A DNA stretch of 64,000 bases, from contig CAVSGZ010000007.1 of the NCBI GenBank assembly GCA_963727765.1, forward strand, positions 462,344 to 526,343, read 5' to 3'. The translations under genes and the position numbers were made by a program. The DNA comes from an uncultured Acidobacteriota bacterium. GTDB lineage: Bacteria > Acidobacteriota > Vicinamibacteria > Vicinamibacterales > Fen-181. Positions 43,763 to 53,469 of the stretch are shown here, piece after piece; the first letter of the stretch is position 1; each line of letters begins with the position of its first letter. The notes beneath the pieces were generated by a model, which made no database searches, was not told where the DNA came from, and was given only the letters and a program-made list of their open reading frames with translations.

Positions 43763-45019
43763 GTGCCAATGGGCGTCGACACGGGCCCGCCCTCATCCTC
43801 GTCCGGCGACTCCAGTGCCGGCGCGGCACCGTTCGGCCTGCCACGCCCCGTTTGGCTGCTCGGACTGACGAGCCTGTTCACCGACACCGCCAGCGAAGCG
43901 ATCTATCCACTGCTGCCGGTCTACCTGACACGCGTGCTCGGCGCGGGGGCTGCATCGCTTGGCCTCATCGAGGGCATGGCCGAGGCGGCGAACAGCCTGC
44001 TGAAGATCCTGTCGGGCCGAGTGTCGGACCGCTGGAAGATCCGCCGCCCGGTCGTCATCGGGGGCTACGGGCTCTCCTCGGTCGTCCGGCCGTTCATCGC
44101 GCTCGTCTCGACCTGGCCGCAGCTGCTGCTGGTGCGGGTGATGGACCGGGTGGGGAAGGGCATCCGCGGAGCGCCCCGGGATGCGATGCTCGCGGCGTGC
44201 GCCACGCTGTCCACGCGCGGCCGTGTCTTCGGCTTCCACCGCTCGATGGACCACGTCGGGGCGATCGTCGGGCCGCTGCTGGCGTCGGCATTCCTCCTGG
44301 CGTGGCCGGGTCGGTACCGCTGGCTGTTCGCCTTGACGATCATCCCAGGCGCGCTGGCGGTCGGCTCGCTCTTCCTCGTTGACGAGCCGAAAGACCGCAG
44401 GCAGCCGTCAGCCGAGGCGCCGCCGACCCGCGGCGATGAGCCGGTCCCATCGTGGCGCGAACTGCCGTCGCAGCTGTTCGTCGTCCTCGGCGTCGTGTCG
44501 GTGTTTACGCTCGGCAACTCCGCGGATGCGTTCCTCCTGCTCCGCCTGAGCGATGCGGGCGTGTCCGTCGCCGGCATCCCCCTCCTCTGGGCAGCCCTGC
44601 ACGTCGTCAAGGCTGGGATGTCGACGTGGGGCGGCGTGAAGTCCGACCGGTGGGGGCGGCGCGTGGTCATTGGAGCGGGTTGGCTGGTCTACGCGGTCGT
44701 GTACGGCGGCTTCGCGCTTAGTTCGACCGTGCCGGCGCTGGTCGCGTGGTTCATGGTCTACGGCGTTTACTACGGCCTGTCGGAGGGAACAGAGAAGGCG
44801 CTCGTGGCCGACCTCACACCGCCGGCGCTTCGCGGAACGGCGTTCGGCATCTACAACGGCGCCCTTGGGTTCGGGTCGCTGCTCGCGAGCGTCGTGTTCG
44901 GCCTCGTCTGGAAGCTGGTGAGCCCGGCCGCCGCCTTCGGTCTCGGCGCTGCGCTCGCGCTGCTCGCGGCGGTCCTGCTCGGCGTGACACGGCCGCCGGC
45001 CGGAGCCCGCACGCTATAA
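43763..45019 (+). CDS. MFS transporter
   Basis: 418 aa with 12 predicted TM helices. LTSLFTDTASE and GRVSDRWKIRRP loop motifs. Confidence 0.85.
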   Translation: MPMGVDTGPPSSSSGDSSAGAAPFGLPRPVWLLGLTSLFTDTASEAIYPLLPVYLTRVLGAGAASLGLIEGMAEAANSLLKILSGRVSDRWKIRRPVVIGGYGLSSVVRPFIALVSTWPQLLLVRVMDRVGKGIRGAPRDAMLAACATLSTRGRVFGFHRSMDHVGAIVGPLLASAFLLAWPGRYRWLFALTIIPGALAVGSLFLVDEPKDRRQPSAEAPPTRGDEPVPSWRELPSQLFVVLGVVSVFTLGNSADAFLLLRLSDAGVSVAGIPLLWAALHVVKAGMSTWGGVKSDRWGRRVVIGAGWLVYAVVYGGFALSSTVPALVAWFMVYGVYYGLSEGTEKALVADLTPPALRGTAFGIYNGALGFGSLLASVVFGLVWKLVSPAAAFGLGAALALLAAVLLGVTRPPAGARTL

Positions 45020-45020
45020 T
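45015..45020 (+). promoter_or_regulatory. Candidate -10 box TATAAT 10 nt upstream of the surE ATG (leaderless-type arrangement)
   Basis: Perfect TATAAT overlapping the MFS stop codon. No Shine-Dalgarno sequence between it and ATG 45031. Confidence 0.4.
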
Positions 45021-45030
45021 CGACGGACCA

Positions 45031-45774
45031 ATGACTCGCATTCTCGTGACCAATGACGACGGGGTCCGCTCCAAGGGCATCAAGGCCCTGGCGGCGGCGC
45101 TGGCGCCGCTCGGCGACGTCGTGGTCGTGGCGCCGGCCCGCGAGGCGAGCGCCGTCGGCCACGCGTTGACGCTGCATCACCCGCTGCGGCTCGAGCATCT
45201 CCGAGATGCGATCTACGCGCTCGACGGGACGCCAACCGACTGCGTGAACATCGCCGTCGCGGCGGTACTACAGGGGTTGCCTGACCTGGTGGTGTCGGGG
45301 ATCAACAAGGGGCTCAACATCGGCGACGACGTAACCTACTCCGGCACCGTGTCGGGGGCGCTCGAGGGAGCGCTGCTCGGCGTGCCGTCGATCGCCGTGT
45401 CCCTGCAGCAGGGGCCGGGGGAGTGGGACTTCGCCGATGCGGGGCGCATCGCGTCCGAGGTCGCCGTGAAGGTCCTTCAGAGCGGACTTCCCGCGCGGAC
45501 CTTCCTCAACGTCAACGTGCCGCGCGTCGCGCCGAAGGGCCTTCGCCTCACGGTGCAGGGGAAGCGCGCGCATGCCACCACCGTGTCAGAGCGTCGCGAC
45601 CCGCGCGGACGGACCTACTTCTGGATCGGCGAAGGCGAGGACGAGTGGATTCCCGACGGCGCGTCCGACTATGCGGCGATTCGGGCCGGCTACGTGTCGC
45701 TCACGCCGCTGCAGTCGGACATGACCGCGGTGAGCGCGGCGGCGTTCGTAAAAGGTCTTGGCCTCGAGCGCTGA
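45031..45774 (+). CDS. surE: 5'/3'-nucleotidase SurE
   Basis: MTRILVTNDDGVRSKGIKAL N-terminus, GINKGLNIGDDVTYSGTVSGA motif. Confidence 0.92.
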   Translation: MTRILVTNDDGVRSKGIKALAAALAPLGDVVVVAPAREASAVGHALTLHHPLRLEHLRDAIYALDGTPTDCVNIAVAAVLQGLPDLVVSGINKGLNIGDDVTYSGTVSGALEGALLGVPSIAVSLQQGPGEWDFADAGRIASEVAVKVLQSGLPARTFLNVNVPRVAPKGLRLTVQGKRAHATTVSERRDPRGRTYFWIGEGEDEWIPDGASDYAAIRAGYVSLTPLQSDMTAVSAAAFVKGLGLER

Positions 45775-45801
45775 GGTGGGGTAAGCTTAAGCTTCTTGGG
45801 T

Positions 45802-45878
45802 CGGGGCGTGGCTCAGCCTGGTAGAGCACTCGGTTCGGGACCGAGGGGTCGGTGGTTCGAATCCACTCGCCCCGACCA
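45802..45878 (+). tRNA. tRNA-Pro (anticodon CGG)
   Basis: Manual cloverleaf: acceptor CGGGGCG/CGCCCCG, D stem GCTC/GAGC, anticodon stem CTCGG/CCGAG with loop TTCGGGA, T arm GGTGG-TTCGAAT-CCACT, CCA encoded. Confidence 0.9.
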
Positions 45879-45913
45879 ATTTTCCCGCAATAGAATCAAG
45901 CGCTTACGAGAAT

Positions 45914-45944
45914 GGCCCGGCGGATTACCGTCGGGCCGTTTTTT
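45914..45944 (+). terminator. Rho-independent terminator downstream of tRNA-Pro
   Basis: GGCCCGGCGG-ATTA-CCGTCGGGCC stem-loop followed by GTTTTTTG. Confidence 0.8.
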
Positions 45945-46011
45945 GTCGGCGCGGTGACAGAGCAGGCCTCTGCGACGGGATCGCGAGCCCCTCGCGCGGT
46001 GGGGGCCCTTC

Positions 46012-46995
46012 CTACTCGTGGATCTCGACAATATCCCCGTCGGAGAGGACGTGGTCGCGGTGGACCGTCTGGCCCGGGAACACGCCGGCGCCCCAGGCCC
46101 GCGCGAACGTCATGTTCGCCAGCAGGTCCTTGTGGATCCGCACGGCGAGGTCCGCGACCGTGGCGCCGCGGGGGAGTGTGAAGGGCGTGCTGCTCGGGTC
46201 GGGCGGCTTGCCGGGCTGCTTCGTGAAGACGCGAATGATGGCCAGCGCTTCGAACGTGCGGCCCGGCAGCGCGTCGAGGCCCGCGCGGCTGATCGTCGAG
46301 ACCGCGGCCGGCGGCCACCGGTGCCCCAGGAGGTCGTCGAGCGCATCGAGCGAGGCGGCCAGTTCGGGCCGGTCGACGCCGGTCACCACCAGCAGCGCGG
46401 ACTGCACGACGCGCTCGAGGTCCCTGACGGCGCGGGGTTCGCCGACCGGCCTGATGCCGATGTGGCGCTCGGCCAGGATTCGCAGTGTCTCGTCGAACCC
46501 CTCGATCGGCCAGCGCCCGTCCACGACAATCCAGCACAGGTCGGCAGTGCGCACCAGGTCGAACACCCACGGCTCGACGTGCTGTGTCGAAATCGGGGGC
46601 AGATCGACCAGCTGGATCGAGACGTTCTCGAACCGCATCATCCCGGGCACCGCCTCGCGAGTGGTGAACGGGTAGTCCGCCACTTCCGGCGTCGCGCGCG
46701 TGAGTGCCGTGACCAGAGCCGATTTCCCGGAGTTGGGCGGGCCGACCAGCGCCACCTGTCCCGCGCCTTCGCGCGGGACCATGTGGCTGAAGGTGCTCTT
46801 GCCGACCTTGCTGGCCGGCTGGTTCCGGAGCTTCGAGATGCGCGCCTTCAGGTCGGCCTGCAGGCCGTCGGTCCCCTTGTGCTTGGGCACGACGCGTAGC
46901 ATCTCTTCGAGGGCCTCGAGCTTCTCACCAGGGTCCCTCGCAGTCCGGTAATGCTCCTCCGCTCGCTTGTACTCGGGAGTCAGGTTCGCCGGCAT
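46012..46995 (-). CDS. OBG/DRG-family GTP-binding protein with C-terminal TGS domain
   Basis: G1 GPPNSGKSAL, DYPFTT, DLPP, C-terminal TGS (..GDIVEIHE). ATG 46995 is preceded by GAGGGGG. Confidence 0.85.
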   Translation of the reverse strand: MPANLTPEYKRAEEHYRTARDPGEKLEALEEMLRVVPKHKGTDGLQADLKARISKLRNQPASKVGKSTFSHMVPREGAGQVALVGPPNSGKSALVTALTRATPEVADYPFTTREAVPGMMRFENVSIQLVDLPPISTQHVEPWVFDLVRTADLCWIVVDGRWPIEGFDETLRILAERHIGIRPVGEPRAVRDLERVVQSALLVVTGVDRPELAASLDALDDLLGHRWPPAAVSTISRAGLDALPGRTFEALAIIRVFTKQPGKPPDPSSTPFTLPRGATVADLAVRIHKDLLANMTFARAWGAGVFPGQTVHRDHVLSDGDIVEIHE

Positions 46996-47018
46996 GGCCC
47001 CCTCGCTTCGTACTTCTC

Positions 47019-49223
47019 CTATCTCGCCTTCGCCGGCGCGCCGACGACGGCCATTTCCTTGATCAGGGTCGTGGCGCCGTCCACCTCGGCCATGTTCCAC
47101 AGCATGTAGCGCGTGTCCACATGGATCGACCGCGTCTTCACGTCGTCGAACAGGTAGTCGGACGACACTGACTCGTAGGTCCCGTCGAAGAGCAGGCCGA
47201 CGAGTTCCCCTTGCGCATTCAGCGTCGGCGACCCCGAGTTGCCGCCGGTCGTGTCCACGGTCGAGAGGAAGTTGACCGGCACGTCCTTGATGGCCGGATC
47301 AAGATACGGACCCTTCGGGTTCTTGAGGAACGCGCGAATCACGTCGATCTGTTTCTGCGGCGCGTTGAAATCCCCCTCGCCCGTCTGCTTCTCGAGGATG
47401 CCGGCAAGACCGGTCTGCGGCTTGTAGAACAGACCGTCCCTGGCATCCACGCCCTTCACCTGTCCGTAGGTGACGCGCAGCGTGCTGTTGGCGTCGGGCG
47501 CGACGAGACCGCCGGCCTTTGCAAGCAGCGCCTGCATGTATCGCGGCCGCAGGCGGGCGTACGCGCCGGCGCGGCTCTTCGCGGTCTCGCGCATCGACTC
47601 GGCGAGCGGCTCCAGCGCTGACGCGAGCGCGATGAACGAGTCGTGCGACGCCGCCAGGTCCGCGGTGCTCTTGTCGATCATCGCCAGGCGGGCGTCCCGG
47701 TCGCCCATCTTCGTCCCGGCGTACAGCTTGTCGAGATAGCCATCGATGGCGCGGTTGGCCTCGGCGGCCGGAAGTCCGGCGCGCATGCCCACGGCCTTGT
47801 CGAGCGAATCGATCCGCTGGTCGGCCGGCAGCGCCGCAGCCAGGCCCAGCGCCCAGCGCAGGAACGCGCGGTCGGCGGTGGCGTCGAGCGAGCGCTGCAG
47901 CCGGTCGAGGCTCTCGCGAATCCGGCCCCAGTCGCGCTCCTGGTAACCTGCGTCGCGGTCGAGGTCGCTCTTCGGACGCTGCACCGACAGCCGATACAAC
48001 GTCTGTGCGGCGCTCAGGTACTGCGACGCCGACGACAGGGATCCCAGCACGGCGTTCCGCTCGCGCACCTTCTCGCCCTCGGCCTGGAGCGCCGCGAGCG
48101 CGGGCAGCACGTCGCCGTACTGCTTCTGCCGCGCCGGCGTGGCGGCGATCCACGCCACCAGCGCCTTCTCCTGGGCTTCCTTCAGGGCCAGCGCGCCGCC
48201 CTTTACCAGGCCTTCGAGTACGCCCCTGTTGTTGGTCAGGCCGTTGTTGAGGCCCTGGATTCGCCCGGCCAGCTTGATGGCCATGTCCTTGTCGTTGGCC
48301 GTCAGCTTGTCGATGAGCGCGAGCTGCTCTTCAGCGAGACGCACCGACCGCGGCAGCGCCCACTCGGTCGTCTCCTTGATCTCCGCGTAGGTGCGGTGCC
48401 GCATCGTCCGCCCCGGGTAGCCGACGACGAAGACGAGTTCGCCGGGCCTTGCGCCCTGGGCCGAGACTTTCAGCCAGTGGGCCGGCTTGTAGGGGACGTT
48501 GTCCTTCGAGTACGCGGCAGACTTTCCGTCCCTGCCGACGTACGCGCGGAGGAAACTCCAGTCGCCGGTATGGCGCGGCCACCGCCAGTTGTCCGTCTCG
48601 CCGCCGAACACGCCGATGCCTTCCGCCGGCGCGTAGACGAGGCGGACGTCCCGGATCTCGAGCTGCGCGATCTCGAAGTACTTGAGCCCCTCGAAGAACG
48701 AGGTCACGCTGCACCGGAGGCCGGCCTTCTCGCACGCCGCCACGCGCTCCTTGATGCGCCGATCGATCGTGTCGTTGCGCTGCCGGTCGGTGGCGGCCGG
48801 GCCGATCTTCCCCACGATGTCCGCCGTCACCTCTTTCACCGACGTCGTCACGTAGACCCGCGAGCCGGGGCCGTTCGAGAGCTCCTCGTCGCGCGTCCTC
48901 GCCAGAAACCCTTCGGTGAGCAGGTTCCGCTGGGGCGTCGAGTTGAACTGGAGCCCCCCCACCACGCAGTGATGGTTGGTGACGATCAGGCCGTCGGGCG
49001 AGACAAACGACGCCGTGCACCCGCCGAGCGACACGACGGCACCCATCGGCTGGCCGGTGAGGTCGGCAAAGGCCGCCGGATCTCCGGCGAAGCCGAGCGC
49101 CCTCAGCCTGGATGCGAGGTCGGGGATCTGCTGCGGCATCCACATGCCCTGCTCGGCTGTGAGGCCGGCCACGGCCGCAAGCAGGATGACGATGCTCAGA
49201 AGGATGCGGTGCCAACGGGTCAT
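47019..49223 (-). CDS. S46 family peptidase (dipeptidyl-peptidase 7/11-like)
   Basis: Signal peptide, catalytic His TNHHCV, catalytic Ser GGNSGSP, 734 aa. Confidence 0.9.
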   Translation of the reverse strand: MTRWHRILLSIVILLAAVAGLTAEQGMWMPQQIPDLASRLRALGFAGDPAAFADLTGQPMGAVVSLGGCTASFVSPDGLIVTNHHCVVGGLQFNSTPQRNLLTEGFLARTRDEELSNGPGSRVYVTTSVKEVTADIVGKIGPAATDRQRNDTIDRRIKERVAACEKAGLRCSVTSFFEGLKYFEIAQLEIRDVRLVYAPAEGIGVFGGETDNWRWPRHTGDWSFLRAYVGRDGKSAAYSKDNVPYKPAHWLKVSAQGARPGELVFVVGYPGRTMRHRTYAEIKETTEWALPRSVRLAEEQLALIDKLTANDKDMAIKLAGRIQGLNNGLTNNRGVLEGLVKGGALALKEAQEKALVAWIAATPARQKQYGDVLPALAALQAEGEKVRERNAVLGSLSSASQYLSAAQTLYRLSVQRPKSDLDRDAGYQERDWGRIRESLDRLQRSLDATADRAFLRWALGLAAALPADQRIDSLDKAVGMRAGLPAAEANRAIDGYLDKLYAGTKMGDRDARLAMIDKSTADLAASHDSFIALASALEPLAESMRETAKSRAGAYARLRPRYMQALLAKAGGLVAPDANSTLRVTYGQVKGVDARDGLFYKPQTGLAGILEKQTGEGDFNAPQKQIDVIRAFLKNPKGPYLDPAIKDVPVNFLSTVDTTGGNSGSPTLNAQGELVGLLFDGTYESVSSDYLFDDVKTRSIHVDTRYMLWNMAEVDGATTLIKEMAVVGAPAKAR

Positions 49224-49347
49224 GATGACGTCTCCTGAAGTGGGTCGGAAGTCTTGCCCCGCGCGCCGGGGCCTGCCAGCGGCTCACTATAAACCGGTCC
49301 GGCACCTGGAAGGTAATGCGCGCTGCGCCAGCGTGTACAATTCAGCT

Positions 49348-49797
49348 ATGCGCATCTACCTGGCCTGCACCGTTCGCGGCAACCGCTCGGGAGTCGCGGC
49401 TGCACGCGTGGCCGCCGAGACGCTCCAGGCGCTCGGCCACGAGGTACTCACCTCGCATCTCCTCGAAGAAGGGGTGGAGCAGGCCGAGTCGTCGCTGACC
49501 GAGCGCGAGGTCTACGCGCGCGATCGCGCGTGGCTCGAATCCTGCGATGCCATCGTCGCGGAGGCCTCCGGGTCCACCTACGGCGTCGGCTTCGAAGTCG
49601 GCTACGTGACCGGCCGGGCGCCCACCTCGGGCCAGCGCATCTTCGTGCTCTACGATGCGGCCCGCCGCGACGCCGTGTCGCGGCTCATCTCCGGCTACGC
49701 CAATCCGCACGGCGCCACCTGCGCCTACACATCGACCGATGAGGTGCGCGCGTTCGTCGAACGGCATTTCGCGGTGAGGCCAGGGGCTGAAGGGTAG
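49348..49797 (+). CDS. Nucleoside 2-deoxyribosyltransferase-like / DNPH1 (Rcl)-like protein
   Basis: MRIYLACTVRGNR.., GVGFEVGY motif, about 149 aa. TACAAT lies 6 nt upstream of the ATG with no SD. Confidence 0.6.
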   Translation: MRIYLACTVRGNRSGVAAARVAAETLQALGHEVLTSHLLEEGVEQAESSLTEREVYARDRAWLESCDAIVAEASGSTYGVGFEVGYVTGRAPTSGQRIFVLYDAARRDAVSRLISGYANPHGATCAYTSTDEVRAFVERHFAVRPGAEG

Positions 49798-49847
49798 GCC
49801 TCGCGGTATAATCCGCCGTTCGCGCGCAGCCGCCGGGGGTGATCGAG

Positions 49848-50120
49848 ATGACCGTGGCGCGTCGGTTCGTGCTGTCCGGCCGGGTGCAGGGCGTCGGCTT
49901 CCGGTGGTTCACCATGGAACGCGCGGCCGTCGAAGGCATCACGGGTTGGGTGTGCAACCGGCCGGACGGAGACGTCGAGGTGCTGGCCGAAGGCGAAGCC
50001 GAAGCGCTGGCCAGGTTCGAGCTGGCCATTCGCCAGGGCCCGCCGCGCGCGCGGGTGGACGACGTGGAAACCGAGATTCTGGCGCCGGCCGGGCGGTTCG
50101 CCGGCTTCACGGCGCGCTGA
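49848..50120 (+). CDS. Acylphosphatase
   Basis: VLSGRVQGVGFRWF signature, about 90 aa. ATG 49848 follows GGGGGTG. Confidence 0.88.
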   Translation: MTVARRFVLSGRVQGVGFRWFTMERAAVEGITGWVCNRPDGDVEVLAEGEAEALARFELAIRQGPPRARVDDVETEILAPAGRFAGFTAR

Positions 50121-50137
50121 GGGAGAAGCGAGAGACG

Positions 50138-50653
50138 ATGGACGCTCTGAAATCACGCATCCGCAACGTGCCCGACTTCCCGAAGCCGGGCATCCTCTTC
50201 TACGACATCACGACGCTGCTGCGCGACGCCGGGGGGTTCAGGGCGGCCATCGACGCGATGGCTGCGCCGTACAAGGGCAAGGAAATCTCCCTCGTCGTCG
50301 GCATCGAGAGCCGTGGGTTCATTCTCGGCGCTGCGGTGGCCGACAGGCTCGGCGTCGGATTCTGCCCGATTCGCAAGCCCGGCAAGCTGCCGGCGAAGAC
50401 GCTCAAGGAATCGTTCAATCTCGAATACGGAAGCGACGCGATCGAGATCCACGCCGACGGGGTGGACCCGGGGCAGAAGGTGCTGATCGTGGACGACGTT
50501 CTGGCGACCGGCGGGACGGCGCGGGCGGCCGCGCGGCTCGTGAAGAGCCTGGGCGGCGATCTGCGCGGGATGGCGTTTCTCATCGAACTCGAGGCGCTGG
50601 GCGGGCGCAAGCTGCTCGAAGGGGAGCAGGTCTACTCGGTCCTCAAGTATTAG
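50138..50653 (+). CDS. apt: Adenine phosphoribosyltransferase
   Basis: IRNVPDFPKPGILFYDIT, PRPP motif VLIVDDVLATGGTA. Confidence 0.93.
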   Translation: MDALKSRIRNVPDFPKPGILFYDITTLLRDAGGFRAAIDAMAAPYKGKEISLVVGIESRGFILGAAVADRLGVGFCPIRKPGKLPAKTLKESFNLEYGSDAIEIHADGVDPGQKVLIVDDVLATGGTARAAARLVKSLGGDLRGMAFLIELEALGGRKLLEGEQVYSVLKY

Positions 50654-50688
50654 CGGCGGCGCGGGTCGGTAGTAGGAATCACCCGTAG

Positions 50689-50708
50689 GCCGGGGCTTCA
50701 GCCCCGGC
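50689..50708. repeat. REP-like hairpin GCCGGGGC-TTCA-GCCCCGGC after apt
   Basis: Perfect 8-bp stem. GTAGGCCGGGGCTTC is also present at 13265..13279 after der. Related GGCGGC-TTCAG-GCCGCC at 27466..27482. Confidence 0.8.
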
Positions 50709-50755
50709 GGACAAGGGGTAGCGCACGAAATTCCCGTGTCATAATGAGAGGTCGG

Positions 50756-50832
50756 GCGCCCGTAGCTCAGCAGGATAGAGCATCGGTTTCCTAAACCGGG
50801 GGTCGCGTGTTCGAGTCACGCCGGGCGCACCA
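50756..50832 (+). tRNA. tRNA-Arg (anticodon CCT); its 3' 45 nt form attL of the integrated element
   Basis: Acceptor GCGCCCG/CGGGCGC, D stem GCTC/GAGC, anticodon stem TCGGT/ACCGG with loop TTCCTAA, T arm GCGTG-TTCGAGT-CACGC, CCA encoded. Confidence 0.9.
50788..50832 (+). repeat. attL: 45-bp direct repeat (3' part of tRNA-Arg)
   Basis: TTCCTAAACCGGGGGTCGCGTGTTCGAGTCACGCCGGGCGCACCA is identical to 59725..59769. About 24 further nt are 18/24 similar. Confidence 0.9.
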
Positions 50833-50873
50833 CTTATCATCAATATAGACAGGCAGATACAGAGACGGCCGGA

Positions 50874-51143
50874 TCAAGGCGATCCGGCCGTTCGTGTCTG
50901 GTGGTGATTTAGTGGTGCAGCGTGGAACGGGCCGCCGGACATGCGCCGGGCGCGGCGCGCGATCGCGTCGGGCTCGAGGCCCGCGAGTTCCGCCCACACC
51001 CCGCCACCGCCGTCCAGGAACGTCCTGGCGCCTCGCCTCGTCGTCTCGGGCAGGGAGGGGTCGGCCGCGTCCTTCACGGCCCTGGCGAGCACCGCGGCAG
51101 CTAGATTGCGAACCTGGTCAGCGGACGCACCAGCGTCGCTCAT
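50874..51143 (-). CDS. Hypothetical element protein (~89 aa)
   Basis: MSDAGASADQVRNLAAAVLARAVKDA.. within track ORF 50874..51266. Last gene before attL. Confidence 0.4.
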   Translation of the reverse strand: MSDAGASADQVRNLAAAVLARAVKDAADPSLPETTRRGARTFLDGGGGVWAELAGLEPDAIARRARRMSGGPFHAAPLNHHQTRTAGSP

Positions 51144-51477
51144 CGTTGTCGCGTCCTTCGCGCCGGCGCGCCCGGCAGGGCCTGCAGCGACGCGGCCACT
51201 TTGCGGTGTCGAAGCGCTTGGCGAGTTTGGCGAGCTCGGCGACAGTGACAACGAAGGCCGCGCCACAGACGACGCAGATCCGCTGCAGTTCGCCGTCGGC
51301 CTCGCCGTCTTGCGCGGGCGGGAGGCGTTGTCCCGCCATCGCGAGGCACTGCGCTTCCGAGAGCGCCAGCCCCACCGCCAGGCCGGCCCGCCCGGCCGCG
51401 ATCAGCCGCGCCCGGCGCGCGACGTCTTCATCGGGCTCGTTCGCTTTGGCGATGAATCGCCGCAACCTGCCGAGCAT
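51118..51477 (-). CDS. Hypothetical element protein with a Cys-pair (zinc-ribbon-like) C-terminus
   Basis: MLGRLRRFIAKANEPDEDV..CVVCGAAF..RRCRPCRARR within track ORF 51118..51531. Confidence 0.45.
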   Translation of the reverse strand: MLGRLRRFIAKANEPDEDVARRARLIAAGRAGLAVGLALSEAQCLAMAGQRLPPAQDGEADGELQRICVVCGAAFVVTVAELAKLAKRFDTAKWPRRCRPCRARRREGRDNDERRWCVR

Positions 51478-51547
51478 CGAGCACCTCTTGGGTGTCTGAG
51501 AGTCGGGGCGGCCCGGCCATCCGGCTAGCACCGCCCCGTGGTGAACG

Positions 51548-51978
51548 CTACGCCGTGCCCTCGGCCGGCGTGACGTGCAGCTCGGCGATCTGCGTGCCGC
51601 TGACGCTGTTCGCGTCGAGGCAGCTCACCGCCGCGCCGTACCGGACCGCCCAGATCGACTCGCACGTGCTTGAGCTCCCGCGCTTCACGACGACGCGCAG
51701 GTACCGCAAGGTCGGCCGGGCGATTTCGCAGAATCGAGATCCTCGTCGGACGCGCCCGACACGACCTTGCTGTCCGCCAGGTCGGCCATCGTGCCGCCGG
51801 CCGGGTCGATGTCCTGCTGGACCACCAGGTAGTTGTTTGCGTTCGCGACGCTGAGCGACGTCACGAAGACGACGCCCTGGTAGCCGGCCATGTCCAGGAT
51901 CGCCGAGGTGACGTCGGCGGTCCCGGCGGTCGTGTGGTCGGCGAGCTTGGTGAAGACGGCGTGCTGTAAGAGGTTCAT
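51548..51978 (-). pseudogene. Head-module hypothetical protein downstream of the capsid gene, with an apparent frameshift near 51700-51730
   Basis: ORF 51685..51978 (MNLLQHAVFTKLADH..) ends abruptly. A second frame continues without stops (..IARPTLRYLRVVVKRGSSSTCESIWAVRYGA..AEGTA*) to the stop at 51548. Confidence 0.5.
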
Positions 51979-51987
51979 GTTCGCCCC

Positions 51988-53164
51988 CTACCCGGCCGCC
52001 AGGCCCGCGATGATCTCCACCGCGCCCGCGTTGAGGATGCCCAGACCCGCGAAGCGCGCCGTCGCGCGCACGAGCACGCTGTCGTAGTCGCTCTTCGAGT
52101 ACGGGTCGAGGAACAGGTTGATCTCGAGGCGCCGACCGACCACGAGCTGCGCCGGGTCGACCACCGCCAGCCAGGACTTCGTCGCGCCGCCGACGTCCTC
52201 GGTGATGGAGATCTGCGAGCTCGTGACGATCGGCAGCCCGAAGAGGCTCGGCGCCGGCGAGTTCGCCAGGTTCGGCACGAGGTAGTAATTCGCGTCGCCG
52301 CCCTTCGCCTTGATCAACTGCCCGGCCGTGCGCGGATGGCAGACAATCACCTTCGGGTCGGCGTTGTTCGTCTTGCAGCGCGTGATCGCGTCCAGCACGT
52401 TGTCGGGCGTGACCACCGCGCCGCTGCCGCTGCCGAGTGTCGTCACGGTCGGCCCGGTCAGCCGCCGCAGGCCCGTGAGCTCGGCACCGGCGCCGGTGCC
52501 CTCGAGCAGCTCGTAATCGAGCTTGGCCGACATCGTCTTGAGCAGGTCCATCTCGACGAACTGCCGCAGGTTCCCGCTGGCGTCCGCCATCACCTCGTTC
52601 GAGGCCTGGACCAACGCCCCCAGCTTCTTGGCCGTGAGCGTGAGCTGCGCCAGCGTGAGGTCACTGGCCGAGAATCTGCGCGCCCTCACCGACCATAGCG
52701 GCCGTCGCGCTCGCCGAGAGCCTCGGCATGAGCATCGTCGTGCTCGCCATCGTCACCGACTGGAGGCCCGGGAGCCTCAGCATGACCGTCGCCGCGCGGA
52801 GCCTGTCGTAGATTTGCTGCGACATCTCCGGGTTCACGTCGAAGCCGCCCTGGGCGTCGACGCCGAGCGAGAGCGCGCGGGACTCCTGCAGCGTCGGCAG
52901 CCATCGCTTCGACGGCCCACCGGCGTCCTCGCCGGGCTCCATGAACCGCCGCGACTCGGGGATCGTCTGGCGAGCCTCGGCGTCCGCCCGCTCGTCGCGC
53001 TCGAGTTCCTCGCCGATGGTCTTGATCTCCTCGCGCATCTCCACGATCTTGTCGGAGTCGTCCTTGGACAGCGCCTTGCCGTCCTTCGTGCGCTCGTCGA
53101 GGAACGCCCGGGCCGCCGCGATGAGCGTGGCGCGCTTCGCCTTCAACTGTTCCGTCGTCAACAT
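51988..53164 (-). pseudogene. HK97-fold major capsid protein, split by a 1-nt frame break near 52680
   Basis: N-part (track ORF 52661..53194) has a coiled-coil delta-like region and ..AAMVGEGAQI. C-part (51988..52689) reads SASDLTLAQLTLTAKKLGALVQASNEV..LDYELLEGTG... ATG 53164 is preceded by AGGGGG. Confidence 0.75.
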
Positions 53165-53469
53165 GGGGTACCCCCTGTCGGCTTTCGCCGACACGTATGC
53201 GTTGTCTTGAAGGATGCCCGGATCGGAAGGCGCGCCGTCTCGGCGCTCGCTGGCGCTCTCGACGCGTAACCGACCGCGGAGCCGCTGTGACCGAGGCCGC
53301 CGGTGACGTGCAACTTCCGCCGTCGGTGGCGTGCGCTCGCGCCGTCGATGGGGCCTCTGGGGCCCTCCACGACGTGTGAGAAGAAAGCCGGCCGGGGCCT
53401 CGAGGGCCTCTCACGCGCGGGCGCGCGTCGGCGAGCTCGAAACGATCATAGCACATCCACGCGGCCACC

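Noticed and set aside
51698-51706. GGTACC at about 51700 as the frame-break site of the head-module ORF, which would extend the GTACCT pattern
   Set aside because: Repairing the frame there destroys the ..PTLRYLRVVVKRG.. reading, which looks like the genuine continuation. The break more likely lies a few codons upstream, near GCGAAATCGCCCGG.
53195-53469. Possible small genes (70-aa and 260-aa minus-strand ORFs) in the gap upstream of the capsid gene
   Set aside because: The translations are low-complexity with no start context. I treat the region as non-coding, or as a decayed remnant where a protease or scaffold gene might once have been.
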